DNA of 64,000 nt from Octopus sinensis. Taxonomy: Eukaryota. This document shows, one piece after another, positions 51,597-64,000 of this stretch; the stretch's first letter is position 1, and each line of letters begins with the position of its first letter. The translations under genes and the position numbers were made by a program. The stretch lies in contig NC_042998.1 of NCBI RefSeq assembly GCF_006345805.1, positions 17,174,001 to 17,238,000 on the forward strand, read 5' to 3'. The notes beneath the pieces were generated by a model, which saw nothing but the letters and a program-made list of their open reading frames with translations, was not told where the DNA came from and made no database searches.

Positions 51597-51967
51597 CAAA
51601 AATAGGCAACAAAAATAACTTCGGTAATTTGGTACGATCGTTTCACGCTACATCATTTTATTAAATATTGTAAGTATTACAACAGTTTTAAAATGTTGAG
51701 CAATCATCAGCCATTAATAGAAGCTTTCCATTAATACATAATTTTCATATCAATTGATAACATTATAGAGATGGTAGGTATATACGTATATATATATAAG
51801 GTTATCAATTGATATGAAAATTAAGTATTAATGGAAAACCTCTATTAATGGCTGATGATTGCTCAACATTTTAAAACCGTTGTAATACTTACAATATTTA
51901 ATAAAATGATGTAGCCTGAAACGATCGTACCAAATTACTGAAGTTATTCTTGTTGCCTAATTTTGAT
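51595..51967. mobile_element. Fold-back element: arms of about 167 bp (51595-51761 and 51801-51967), each with a hammerhead
   Basis: The arms are about 95% identical reverse complements by eye; the left end lies in (TA)n. Confidence 0.85.
51849..51932 (+). ncRNA. Type I hammerhead with extended helix II (mirror copy 51630-51713, minus strand)
   Basis: TGG-CTGATGA-[59 nt containing CATTTTA/TAAAATG and TTGTAA/TTACAA pairings]-GAAA-CGATCG-TA-CCA; palindromic helix III ACGATCGT. Confidence 0.65.
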
Positions 51968-52129
51968 TATAATAACCCCATGGAATTATATGGATAACAC
52001 CATAAAAACTACTGGTGCATCTAACGTAAGTAACATATTCATTTGAATCTAAATTTTGGTGAACTTATATATATATATATAATATAGATCGATATATGTA
52101 TATTTGTATGTATGTATTCCTTTTATTCC

Positions 52130-52320
52130 TTCTACTTGTTTCAGTCATTTGACTGTGGCCATGCTAGAGCGCTGCCCCTTAGGCGAGGAAATTGACCGCG
52201 GGATTTATTCTTTGTAAGACTAGTATTTATTCTATCGGTCAATTTCGCTGAACCGCTAGGATACAGGTACGTAAAGATACCAAAATCAGTTATCGAGCAG
52301 TGGTGTAGAGGCCAGCTAGA
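52130..52320 (-). mobile_element. SINE family A 3' half
   Basis: TTTCAGTCATTTGACTGTGGCCATGCTAGAGC is the reverse complement of the tail. Confidence 0.75.
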
Positions 52321-52368
52321 TATAAACGCACATACAAATATACGCGTATATATAGACACACACATGCG

Positions 52369-52369
<1 letters not shown>

Positions 52370-52431
<62 letters not shown>

Positions 52432-52620
52432 CAGGTGTCTTCCTGGGACTACAAGCTACAGTAGCATCCACCCTTAAGGGTTAGCCACATTTAAGTGGTA
52501 AATATACATCACGATATATATGTATATATATATATGTATACATACATATATATTATATATATACATATATATATATATATACATACATATATATATATAT
52601 ATTATGCATATATATATATA

Positions 52621-52661
<41 letters not shown>

Positions 52662-52670
52662 TATACACGC

Positions 52671-52713
<43 letters not shown>

Positions 52714-52723
52714 TATATACACG

Positions 52724-52775
<52 letters not shown>
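52370..52775. repeat. Long (TA)n-rich tracts with a short insert at about 52432-52505
   Basis: Directly visible. Confidence 0.9.
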
Positions 52776-52776
<1 letters not shown>

Positions 52777-53050
52777 ATATCCTCCCGAAGAACCTGAGAG
52801 ACCTGCATGGGGTGGATACAGATGTCTTTAAAATGAAGCTGGATCTCTTCCTGTCAGGTGTCCCAGATGAACCAACTTCACGGCAGGAGGGGCAGATGAG
52901 GGCAGCTGCATCGAACTCTCTCATGCACCAAATAGCAGTTGCTAGAAAGCCTCCATGAAGTGAAACCAAGTAGCAACACCAAATGGCGGTGCCCCAGCAT
53001 GGCCACAGCTCATAAGCTGAAACTAGAATCAATCAATCAATCAATCAATC
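52775..53050 (+). mobile_element. CR1-group LINE extreme 3' end with SINE-A-like terminal stem-loop and (ATCA)n tail, inside (TA)n
   Basis: [33 protein letters not shown]...AASNSL...*, then GGCGGTGCCCCAGCATGGCCACAGCTCATAAGCTGAAAC. Confidence 0.88.
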
Positions 53051-53189
53051 ATATATATATATATATATGAATTAAAAAGAACACCATTTATCAATTCAAT
53101 AATGAAAAATTAACTCATACCATTTAGAAAAATTACATATTATAGAAAGATTAAATATAAGATAAAACATAACAATGATTAAGTAATTC

Positions 53190-53382
53190 TTTCTTTTTTT
53201 TTACTTGTTTCAGGCATTTGACTGTGGTCATTCTGGACCACCCCCTTTAGTCGAGTAAATCGACGCCAGGACTTATTTTATCGGTGTCTTTTGCCGATCT
53301 GCTATGTTACATGGACGTAAACACACCAGCATTGGTTTCAAGCGATGTTTGGGGAGGGGGAACAGACACACAAAGACACACA

Positions 53383-53462
<80 letters not shown>

Positions 53463-53668
53463 AATATATACACATATATACACACATATATACACACATA
53501 TATACGAAGGGGTTCTTTCAGTTTCCGTCTACCAAATCCACTCACAAGGCTTTGGTCGGCCCGAGGCTATAGTAGAAGGTACTTGTCCAAGGTGCCACGC
53601 AGTGGGACTGAACCCGGAACCATGTGGTTCGTAAGCAAGCTACTTACCACACAGCCACTTTTGCGCTT
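53190..53668 (-). mobile_element. SINE family A
   Basis: Full reverse-complement copy. Confidence 0.9.
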
Positions 53669-53710
53669 AATGTGCAAAATAATAAATAAAACGTATATGA
53701 TTTTATATAT

Positions 53711-53756
<46 letters not shown>

Positions 53757-53757
53757 A

Positions 53758-54003
53758 TATTAGAAATATTAGAAATATTAGAAATACCCTGGACTGATGA
53801 CGGGCAAGACCCAGAGACATGCATGTCTTCAGGTTGCTACTCCTAGCTGGTGGGGGTGCTTGCCTCCCCTTTGCAGATATAAGGACACAGGAAATGTGTC
53901 AAAGCCGACAGGAAGCGTCGATGCTTCCTAGGGCTATATATAGCGGTGGTGTAATTCCCTCTACGGGACTGTCACGTTATGTTGACTTTATACAACCACT
54001 CCA
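53758..54003 (+). mobile_element. Structured mini-element of about 245 bp with a 5'-proximal hammerhead, between (TA)n tracts
   Basis: Hammerhead at 53788-53833; extra hairpins GACAC/GTGTC and AGGAAGC/GCTTCCT; preceded by (TTAGAAATA)x3. Confidence 0.65.
53788..53833 (+). ncRNA. Type I hammerhead ribozyme with a GAGA-for-GAAA core substitution
   Basis: CCTGGA-CTGATGA-C-GGG-CAAGA-CCC-A-GAGA-CATGCATG-TC-TTCAGG: 6-bp helix I, palindromic helix III ACATGCATGT, GUC site. Confidence 0.7.
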
Positions 54004-56959
54004 TATATATATATAATATATATATATATATATTTCAAAGCAGTGAGAGACTATATTAATATGACTGAGTTCATTGTGCAGTGGAAAAAATACTATGTTC
54101 CCTATTCTCTGACGTTCAGGTTATTCATTCATTTTTGTTGGGAAATAGTGATCAAATAAACTGAACTAAAGAAAATATGTTCTGCAAGTAAATGTTGATA
54201 AAATATTGTTTGGTGACCCCGATTTTATATTTCTTGATTATTATACTCTATTATATACGATTATTATACTACAGGACAGTACGGCCACATTTTGAAATAT
54301 CTTTCGCCTTATTATTTGTTATCAAATGTGGTTTTAATAGAATGTTTACCATACCACTACTTCTGACAAATTTGCCGTACGCATTGATGCATTCTCATAC
54401 GTTGCTTTCGGGTTTAGCTTTAATACTATAGATGATTTACTTGACCTCGACTGTATGACTTCTGATATGCATGTAGAGTGTTACAAAATACTTATTTTGC
54501 AATTCCATTCGTGTTATTACAATATAAGTGTCGAAACTGTTATGTATTTGAAAATGGTTAAACTTTATTTAGTAAAGTAAACTGTAAATTTCAAATATTT
54601 TGAAATGCTTATTAAATAATTATGACAGCAACTCTGCCTTTTAGCATTTATCTTGATAGTTTTCAACATCTTAATTGGAAGAAGACGTTATAATGTAGAA
54701 GAATAGAACAATCTGTCAAAACAAATACATAAGCTATCTAAAAAGCTTTCATATTTTCATTCCGTTACTGATAATGCTTGCTCCATAATACTGAACTGCC
54801 TACGATATCTGTCTGCCATGTCTTGTTATTAATACATCGAATGAACAATTATCTTTCATTGAAATTCATGTGATATAATCTAATTATGTTTCTTCAAGGA
54901 TTATAGTTTTGCGCATACTTTGTCGTTAACCGTAATATCTGAAGGATTTGTGTAATTCAAGGATTTAATACATTAATTAATGAACTAAATGACTTCAGAT
55001 ATAATTCAATGCATGTGCCGTTTGAAAAGAATTCGTACAAACGTATTAAACATACTAATATACAAATATTTTGTTATTGCTTCAGTTTGTTTATTTATGT
55101 AAACCAGCCTGTTTAATTTCTTACCTGTCAAAAATAGTTACTCCGGCTATAGCAAATTTTTAAAAAAGTGCTTAAATTCAATTAAAATAATTGTTAGTTG
55201 CCTATGGTGACGCATATCAAAACTGTACTGCACACGTCAGTCACCTTAATGTTTTTCTGTCAACTTTCAATTATATTCGCTGTCAATAAATATGGACTGA
55301 GATATAGAGATATAGAATTTTTAAAAAGAAACAAAATTATCTCAAATCACAATTGGAAACATCCTGGCAATACACCAAACTCCAAATGATGTGTTTTTGT
55401 ATAAGACTAAATAATAATAATAATAATAAATTCATAGTATACTTCTGTTTACTTATATAACAACCCGTAACTCTATTGGAATTGTGCCATAAATACTTCA
55501 CAAAGTTACATACTAATATCCTGAAGTTATGTATTTATCCATCTATACATGTGTCTATTCCAGACTACTAAAATATGCTGTATAATTTTCTCATTTACTC
55601 CTGCCATAAAAACCATTATTTAATGTGCACTAATTATACATTTTCTTCTGAAATCTTCCAAGTTTTCTAATTTTCTATTGGAATCAAATTTATTTCTGAA
55701 TATGTAGACAATCATAAAAGAATTTTAGATACACTGTTCTACAAAAATCGATCTTTAAACATTTTCAAAGGCCATAGATTATATGTCATAGCAAATCATT
55801 CACTTTTGTAATTCAATGTCCTAGATTTCCTGTAGACAAAACTTTCTTCAATGCAATCATATTGGATCTCAGTATTGTTCTAAATTTGGAGAAATATCAT
55901 ATCCCAATTCTCCAGACAGTCCAAATATGGAACACGGAAGAGAAGTCAATTTTATGCTTTAGTAAATAGGAAAAGTTTTCTATACGCTCAGGTACACTAT
56001 TACGACATAAGTTTGGGAATTATGTTTATATATATCGCCTGACTGGACAATCAAATGAATATATTTTTTACTGCATATTATGTGTCTATCACACTTCAAA
56101 TTTCTAAGATCAATTCTATTCGAAGTAGTTTCAGTCAAAATATTTCTATTTTTGCTTTAAACCATCTGCATGTTTTATGTCTTTTAAAATATAGTGTTTT
56201 GTGAAGCATATAAAACTACTGAAGCATACACTTGTTTTTACGAATCCAACATATTTGCATAGCATTATAGCCATTTCAAAATATTTGTCCATAAAATATA
56301 ACTTCCATAACAATAGACATAGATTCTCAGCAAGTAAGACAGACAAATAATGTCAATAATATTTATTTTGGTGATGTTTAATTATCGATGAAAAATCAAT
56401 CACTGTATATCTAATTCAGGACGGCAGGAGATTTATATATGTCATTAAATGACGAGAAAGAGAAGAGAAATATTTTCATTCGATGTTACACGCACATAAA
56501 ATACCTCTCTCCCGAAGATAGTGAACATCATTTTTTTTCCTGTACAATAAGAGATTCCATAAACCTGCAGCATACTAAAATAAAATCTTGTCCGTGTTTT
56601 ACAAAATCTATTGAGACCCCTTAAATGAAAGGTTACTCCTTATTGTAAAGATATTATCCTTTGTTTTATAGACGGAAACCTCACGTTAATATTGCTCATT
56701 TAGATGATTTTAACTAAAATAAGCTTTTGTTCTTGATCGTCAGTGTTTTTCCGAATAGGATCTTAGAATGGTTGATGATATATCATAAGACTAAGCGGTG
56801 ACTCACATTGCCCTCATATTCAATTATAGTAATAAGCAGCGTGAAAACGTAGCGTAACCTTTTCCAAGGGTCATGAAGATTCAGATCGTAAATCACTCAA
56901 TTCCTAATCGTGAAGTTAATATCAGCCCTCCATGTAACTTTAACGAAATTCAAAGGTTA

Positions 56960-57130
56960 ATGAGAGTGAAACAATGGGACAAGTTTCGACCTTTAAGTTA
57001 CATATATACTCCGGAGAGAACAATAGGCATAGATAAATCGATTTCAATACATGACTCAAAGGCGACTCTTGATCGCCAGGAAATTTATTTGGAAACGCCG
57101 AAAACTGGAATACATCCTAGAAAACCTTCT
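56960..57130 (+). pseudogene. Possible degraded piggyBac-like transposase fragment
   Basis: WDKFRPLSYI-YTPERTIGIDKSI and, in another frame, FIWKRR resemble K.RP....Y.PE..ISIDES...WKGR. Similarity is short and was judged by eye. Confidence 0.35.
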
Positions 57131-58861
57131 TTCCGGTGTCTCAAGTGGTTCATCCGATTTGCCGATTGGATTGCATTGGATGCGAAATTTAATAATAGAA
57201 TTTGTTACTTGTTATAGTGCTGAAAATTCATGAGAATTTACAATGGAAGAAACACTGGGCACATGACATTGTGTTTCCTGTGAATCCCCGAAACATGAAG
57301 AACAGAAAAATGACACCTTATTTGGTGTACGTCATTTTAGAAGGAATTTCAGGCAATGTAAGTCAGACATGTGGTCTTCCCTCAAGAAGTTTGGGTGTCC
57401 AAGTACTAGTATGATAAACTGTCTCTCACTTCCTTAATGGCAAGATTTAAGGAGATCTCCGGATATGTATAATATTCTATTACGGTTATATGCTGCCGTC
57501 AATAGTATTTTCACTTTCTGTTCTCACATTTCTTTAGGCTGCGTACAATAATTAACTATTAAATGGATTACGTCGATATTAATTTGTAAAATAGAATGGG
57601 TTGAAAGGTTTCAAATACAACACAGAAAGCAGAGACGCTCATATTATATTATCCTGACCCCTGCATTATACACCTGAAATGAACCAAATGAAATATTTGG
57701 AAGTCGACGTGGCATGACCTAGCATAAATAACTTGATATGTTGCACTGATGTGTACAAAATCTCCTATTTCATTTAAAAGTCATTTCTATGTTAGTGACA
57801 GAAATGAAAAACAAGAGTTGTTATTGACCCTGAGAGAGAAGCAAAGATTATTTCAAGAACTTAAAAATATCTTTTCGTATTCAATCCGATACGCAGAAAC
57901 GAAAGTTTGAAATTGCAATAACTTCCTTTGAGAATCACTTGTATTTTCTGTTTAACTTACTCTTTTGCTCATTAAATTTGACTATTCGCCAGCATACGCT
58001 TCTTAATCTCTCTCTCTCTCTCTCTTTCTTTTTCTATCTCTCTATGTTTATGTATGTATACGTGTGTTTGTCTGTGAGCATGTATGAAGCATTAAATTGT
58101 TCAAATAGGAGGGGCAAATGTACTTTAGGTGTGCGGTCTGAGTCATGTTATATTTATATGCATTCTATGTTGTTTCTGATTTGCATCATATTCCCGCATT
58201 CGCGCGAAGTATTCCAGCTGGAAATTATTATGTCAAGCAAAATCCTATGATTTCACGCTCTTATGATGCAGACTGAATGATAATTGCTAGTGAAAAGGAT
58301 GTGAAATCAATGGGATCCATCCACAGGCAGACTTGCGTCGAGTGCCGTGCCGCAGTCATTAAATGCCTAGTTGTTGAGCATGCTTTTTTTGTTGTTGCAT
58401 TTTTGTGAAATTTGTTATTTCTACGAGACCAAAAATTTAACAGAATTTTTTTTATTATATGCGATTTTAAATATTCATTTTAACACTTCTTCTCGATGAA
58501 TTATGCCAGTAAATGAATCAAAACATTTATATTCTGTCGTTTATAAGTGATTCATTCATTCAGGTGGATCAATATTGCTTTATAGCTGAATTATAACTAT
58601 TACACTAAAATAAACGTATGCTTCTACATATTTTAACGCATAGGCTCTTCATTAGAGTTACAAAACTGTTTTTTTTTCTTTTACTTTCATAAAAGTATTT
58701 CGTAGAATTTCTTGTTAGAAAACACATTTCGGGATCGAATTTTCTATTTTCAGCTTTTGACATCCTAACCTCATCCTTTCAAACTCATTCATGAAAGATA
58801 TGTGTTTATGATTTCATTTTCAAATATATGATTCTTATTGAATATCGGTGGTAGTATACCT

Positions 58862-59112
<251 letters not shown>

Positions 59113-60237
59113 AAAGAGTAAGAGTAAAGAGTATATATGTATACATATATATATGTAATGGAAATTGCACATAAAATGTAAATTCGTCCGCATGAGCCAT
59201 CATTATGTAAATGCTTTGCAGTCGAAGATTTCTTCCGCTAAAGCGAGTCAGTAGTAAGCAACTCATTCTAAATATGAATGAAAGGATATTTTCGCTCGTT
59301 AGAACGAAAATGCTTAAACAGGAGAAGTAACAGTGATGAATATCAGGTATTAGATCCTGTTTAATTAGCTAATTTCCAATTGCTACACAAATTAAGCTAA
59401 TTAAATTTGCATAATATATATAGTTTGTATTAATTGTAATTAGTGTCATTTGGATTTACTTTCTCATTGCCAATATAATACACGTGATATGCGAAATGAA
59501 AGCGTAAGACCACAACTGAATTATATCAGATTTCACATATAATATTGAGGTTGTTAACATATTTTGTGCAATTATTAGAGATGCTAATGAAATCTCAACC
59601 TAACCTAATTATTTCAAGTAGTCGCTCCTGGTAATATAACATTATTTAGGCCGGTAATATAGTTTCAGCGTTGCCTAATCCATTTTATAAAAATTAAGTT
59701 CAGATGGCAGACAATTTCATGAATAGCTTAAAATCCTTTATTAGACATTGTACATGTTCATTTACATGTTGTGTTTCAACTTAAATATGCTGAATTCATC
59801 ATTTTCAGGATATTGATATATGTACGTTTATCAAAATTGGTATGAGAAAAACTATATACGAAGAAAATTTAAAATAGCAATATTCGGACGGGGAACAGGT
59901 GTTAATAATGGATAAATAGTGCATTTGCTTACACATAAAATTTGCATTGCTCGAGTTTCACCGATTAGAGCACATTTAGAGAGGAGTCAGTGCAAATTAT
60001 AAGTTTGGATATATGAAATCTACTCAAAATTATCTATTCCGTTTCTCGCCGAAATAACGTCACCCACATAAGTTCTCGAATGGTAATCTCTATCTAGATT
60101 TATCGATCATTATCTAAAGAGACAAACTTAAATTGAAACGCTAACTATAACCTCCCAAATAAATATATGAATGCAGGTGTGTGTGTATGTGTCTGTACAT
60201 TTATATATAGACCACACATACCTACACATGCATGTGC

Positions 60238-60330
<93 letters not shown>

Positions 60331-60374
60331 TGTGTGTGTGTGTGTGTATAATATTTTAGATTGTTCTTCCTTTC

Positions 60375-61010
60375 GGATATATGAACAACTATTCCAGTTA
60401 TGGTCACCAACTAGTGCCAAACTAAAAGCGGAGCTTGAAGAAGTTCAACGCCACTATATTAAAAAGATTGAAAGAGTGCAGTGGATGAGCTGCATAGATA
60501 GGTTGAAAAAAATGCAATTTTACTCCCTGGAGCGAAGGCGTGAGGGATGTGCAATAATCTAACATATGGAAAATTCTAGAAAGTTTAGTACCTAATTTGA
60601 GCATTGAATGTTATACAAATGCCAGAACTGGCCGCCATTGTATTGTACCAAAGGTACCATCCATCTAAATTGAAGACCAGGTATTGCAATAGTCTGGGCT
60701 TTAAAGGCACACAGCTCTTCAATTCTCTACCACAAAGATTAAGAGATCTGCATAAGGTGGAAGTAGAAGTCTTCAAAAACGAATTATGCATCCCCCTTTC
60801 CACACTACCGACGAACAAACAATCCGACATGAAGTACAGATGTGGGCAGTGGAGTCAAACTCCCTTATACAGTAAAAGGGTCAACAACTGGGACAAAGGC
60901 ACATACAGGTGTGGTAATGTGAAACACGCCAGACCGAAGAAATCAAAACGACCATGCTGGTGCACTAGCATGGCCCTAGACGCATGGCTGAAACGAGTAA
61001 AAGAATAATA
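60375..61010 (+). mobile_element. Degraded CR1-group LINE 3' fragment with SINE-A-like 3' end
   Basis: QLWSP...LEEVQRHYIKKI...RLKKMQFYSLERRRE...YCNSLGFKGTQLFNSLPQRLRDLHKVEVEVFK; it ends GGTGCACTAGCATGGCC...GCTGAAACGAGTAAAAGAA. Confidence 0.85.
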
Positions 61011-61119
61011 GAATTTTTTTTAAATAACTGCTCGATTTATCACACACCTCGATCGCAGACATGCATTGACTTAAAAATTCACAGACGCACTGTAGTCTTC
61101 TGGGATAGACAAATATATG

Positions 61120-61450
61120 AACGACGACTACAGAGATTAGAAACTTTGAGTGGTCTACTGAGGGAACTTAGAAGCAGCTGACGCATGTAGAACACCAGGT
61201 ATATCAAGATGATAAAGTCTGCTCTAAGGGATTACGAGTCGATGACAGGAGCCAAAATCAAACAAAATGATGAATGAGCCTGCAACTGGGCAGTTGGATA
61301 ATACGTGCTTCGTGATGTGCAGAATGCTCTGAGACTCTGATATTGCCAGTTATTCCATTGTCGTTCAGTGTGCGGATTGCCGAACTTTGAACATCATACC
61401 ATTGTGTAATTCCCCACGTGCTTTGTTTTCTTCTTAATTGTCCTCTCTGC
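61120..61450 (+). mobile_element. Probable Tx1/L1-like LINE remnant
   Basis: IKSALRDYESMTGAKI resembles the post-YADD L..YE..SGAKIN motif. A downstream frameshifted C..C...IVVQC..IAEL resembles the C-terminal CCHC region. Confidence 0.5.
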
Positions 61451-61627
61451 AATGATTTGTCGAATTTTAATACCAAAATATCACCAAAAAATGAATAAAT
61501 CAATATTTGTTTTAAAATATTACTTAAGTCATTGTGTGTAATATATACAATCGTGGGAATAAGCAATAGTAGCACTTAACACAAGTAGTTAGTGTTACAG
61601 TTATTGAGTAGCATATTGACTTATTTC

Positions 61628-62133
<506 letters not shown>

Positions 62134-63498
62134 TATTACTTAAAACTTAATGAGTGTGAAAAACAACAGCTTCTTGGACATACGAAAACAAATTCTAGAA
62201 AAAACGAGCTTTTTTTCTAACGGAAGTTCTTAGTTGGGCAATGCAGGCCACGTTGTAATGGTAACTCAGGTGAAACAAGTCTAACACTTGTTGCATGTAA
62301 TAATTGCACGTTTCGTTGGTTATACGATATATTAATATCGTGCAATCAGGGAAGCATATTTGATGTATCAGCGACAATATTACTTGAGGCATGGTGTGGT
62401 AAGGAGAGGCATCTACTTTATGTAAAAGGTTAAACGTGCGACGGTCAGCTGCGGTCGTGACGGTATACTGATAACTTAGTGACAACAATTGAATACCAGT
62501 AAATCATCAGCGTGAGGAGCTTGGCGTGAGCGTGTCGTGTGTCTAATGGGTCAAACAATTGCAGCAAGTGGGGCAGTAATCTGTATACGGACCGTAAGCG
62601 CGGAATGGTATCGTTTAGTTTGGTATATCGAGAATACAGTGGGGCTGATGTTTTGAAATACACTGAAAATACATGCATTTTATGAAAACAATATGAATTG
62701 TCAAACTTCCTATTGATAGGTACGATACGGAGCTGGAGTGTATGCAGCATTTTTCCAAAGAAAAAATTGACGATTGCGAGCCGCAGAGGAGTAAAGTGGA
62801 ATTTTTTGGAAAAAACTACATTTGATTTTCTTTGAAGTATTGCTGAAGTCACGGTATATCCATATAAAGCGAGACGTAGAAGTAGACTTTTGCTGGTCTC
62901 TACGTCTTGAGTAGTGCATATTCCACAAGCATTTACATTCAAAATCGTTGGCATTCATGTTAATGTAGTGTCTCGTTATATCATTGGGAGTTGTGAGGTA
63001 GGCTTCAGGCCAGAGCTTTAGAGATGCAGGATTACCCCAGTGGACATTTGGTAGGATTTGCGAATCGCAGGTGGGGCGTGAAATAATGTTAGTACACATG
63101 CGTGTTTGATACTGTGATAGCATGCAGTTTTGTAAATATGTTGTTTAAACATGAATAGGTGACCATAAGACTATGAAAATCAAACACTTTATGTTATCTA
63201 TATGATCCCGGAAAATACTGTCAATGTTCATTTCACATTGTCCAGTTCACACAGCAGGCAAAATTTGAACTAGGGAATATATGCGCCAAAGAAACCGGGA
63301 AACAATCCTTTAGCCCTTATTACGATGGAAGGACCATTTCCTTATATATATGTATATATGTACACATTTGGAAGTCTCTTATTGTATTTCTATGTGAATA
63401 ATATATAGTCTAATGACTAATTTGTTTTTTGTGCTAGGCCACTGGTAATAATAATTTATTATTACCCTATTTTATTATATATGTACACAGATAGGCAG

Positions 63499-63536
<38 letters not shown>

Positions 63537-64000
63537 CACATATATGTGTGCAGTACTAAAGCATGTATATTCACGACGTTTCACACATTAAGGCGTACAC
63601 ATACAAACGCATATTTCATGGCAGTACGCTCATACATGCAAGTTATACACGCAGACACACATACACAGACATCCTTTCTATGTTTCTTCGGATCATTCAA
63701 TATTTTGAACCTAGATAGACACAGTGTGTCCTACATCCATTCTTACTTCTTAATTTGTTGCAATTTTTTTCTTCTGTCTATCTGTCATATTGGAGAAGGG
63801 TATAAGTTCCAAACGTGTAGACATTCTATAAAGGCTAAGCTACTAGTATGACTTCGCCTTAACTTTGGATTTCGATCACTAAATTTTTAGCCCACATTTG
63901 TGTGCGTGTGTATGCTTGTCTCTCTTCACCAATGCTTATGCCTCAAAAAGTTTAGATGATTATTTGCAAGCGAATGTGAGTGAACATGCGAGTGTGAGAG

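Noticed and set aside
61305-61460. PHD/RING finger suggested by CAEC, CADC and CPLC
   Set aside because: The motifs lie in different frames and are better explained as a degraded Tx1-like LINE C-terminus.

Overview
This is AT-rich, repeat-dense eukaryotic DNA. The (TA)n/(CA)n/(ATCT)n load and the SINE families most resemble an Octopus-type cephalopod genome; that is inference from memory, no search was run. I could not identify a host protein-coding gene, rRNA, true tRNA gene or CRISPR array, and most ORFs in the track are microsatellite read-throughs. The window holds mainly retroelement remnants: Penelope-like elements (PLEs) with GIY-YIG endonuclease, CR1-, RTE-, Tx1- and HERO-like LINE fragments, a Gypsy integrase remnant, and many tRNA-derived SINEs. 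The most striking structure is a set of about seven head-to-head fold-back insertions, mostly anchored in (TA)n tracts, several carrying type I hammerhead ribozyme folds with palindromic helix III. These include a fully canonical core (17905-17947) and a natural compensatory U3-A8 core variant (7403-7442 and 5695-5734). There is also a type III hammerhead-like relic in the 3' UTR of a HERO-like LINE, two apparent head-to-head PLE/LINE chimeras, and a SINE 3' tail shared, with covarying stem bases, with local CR1-like LINE ends.
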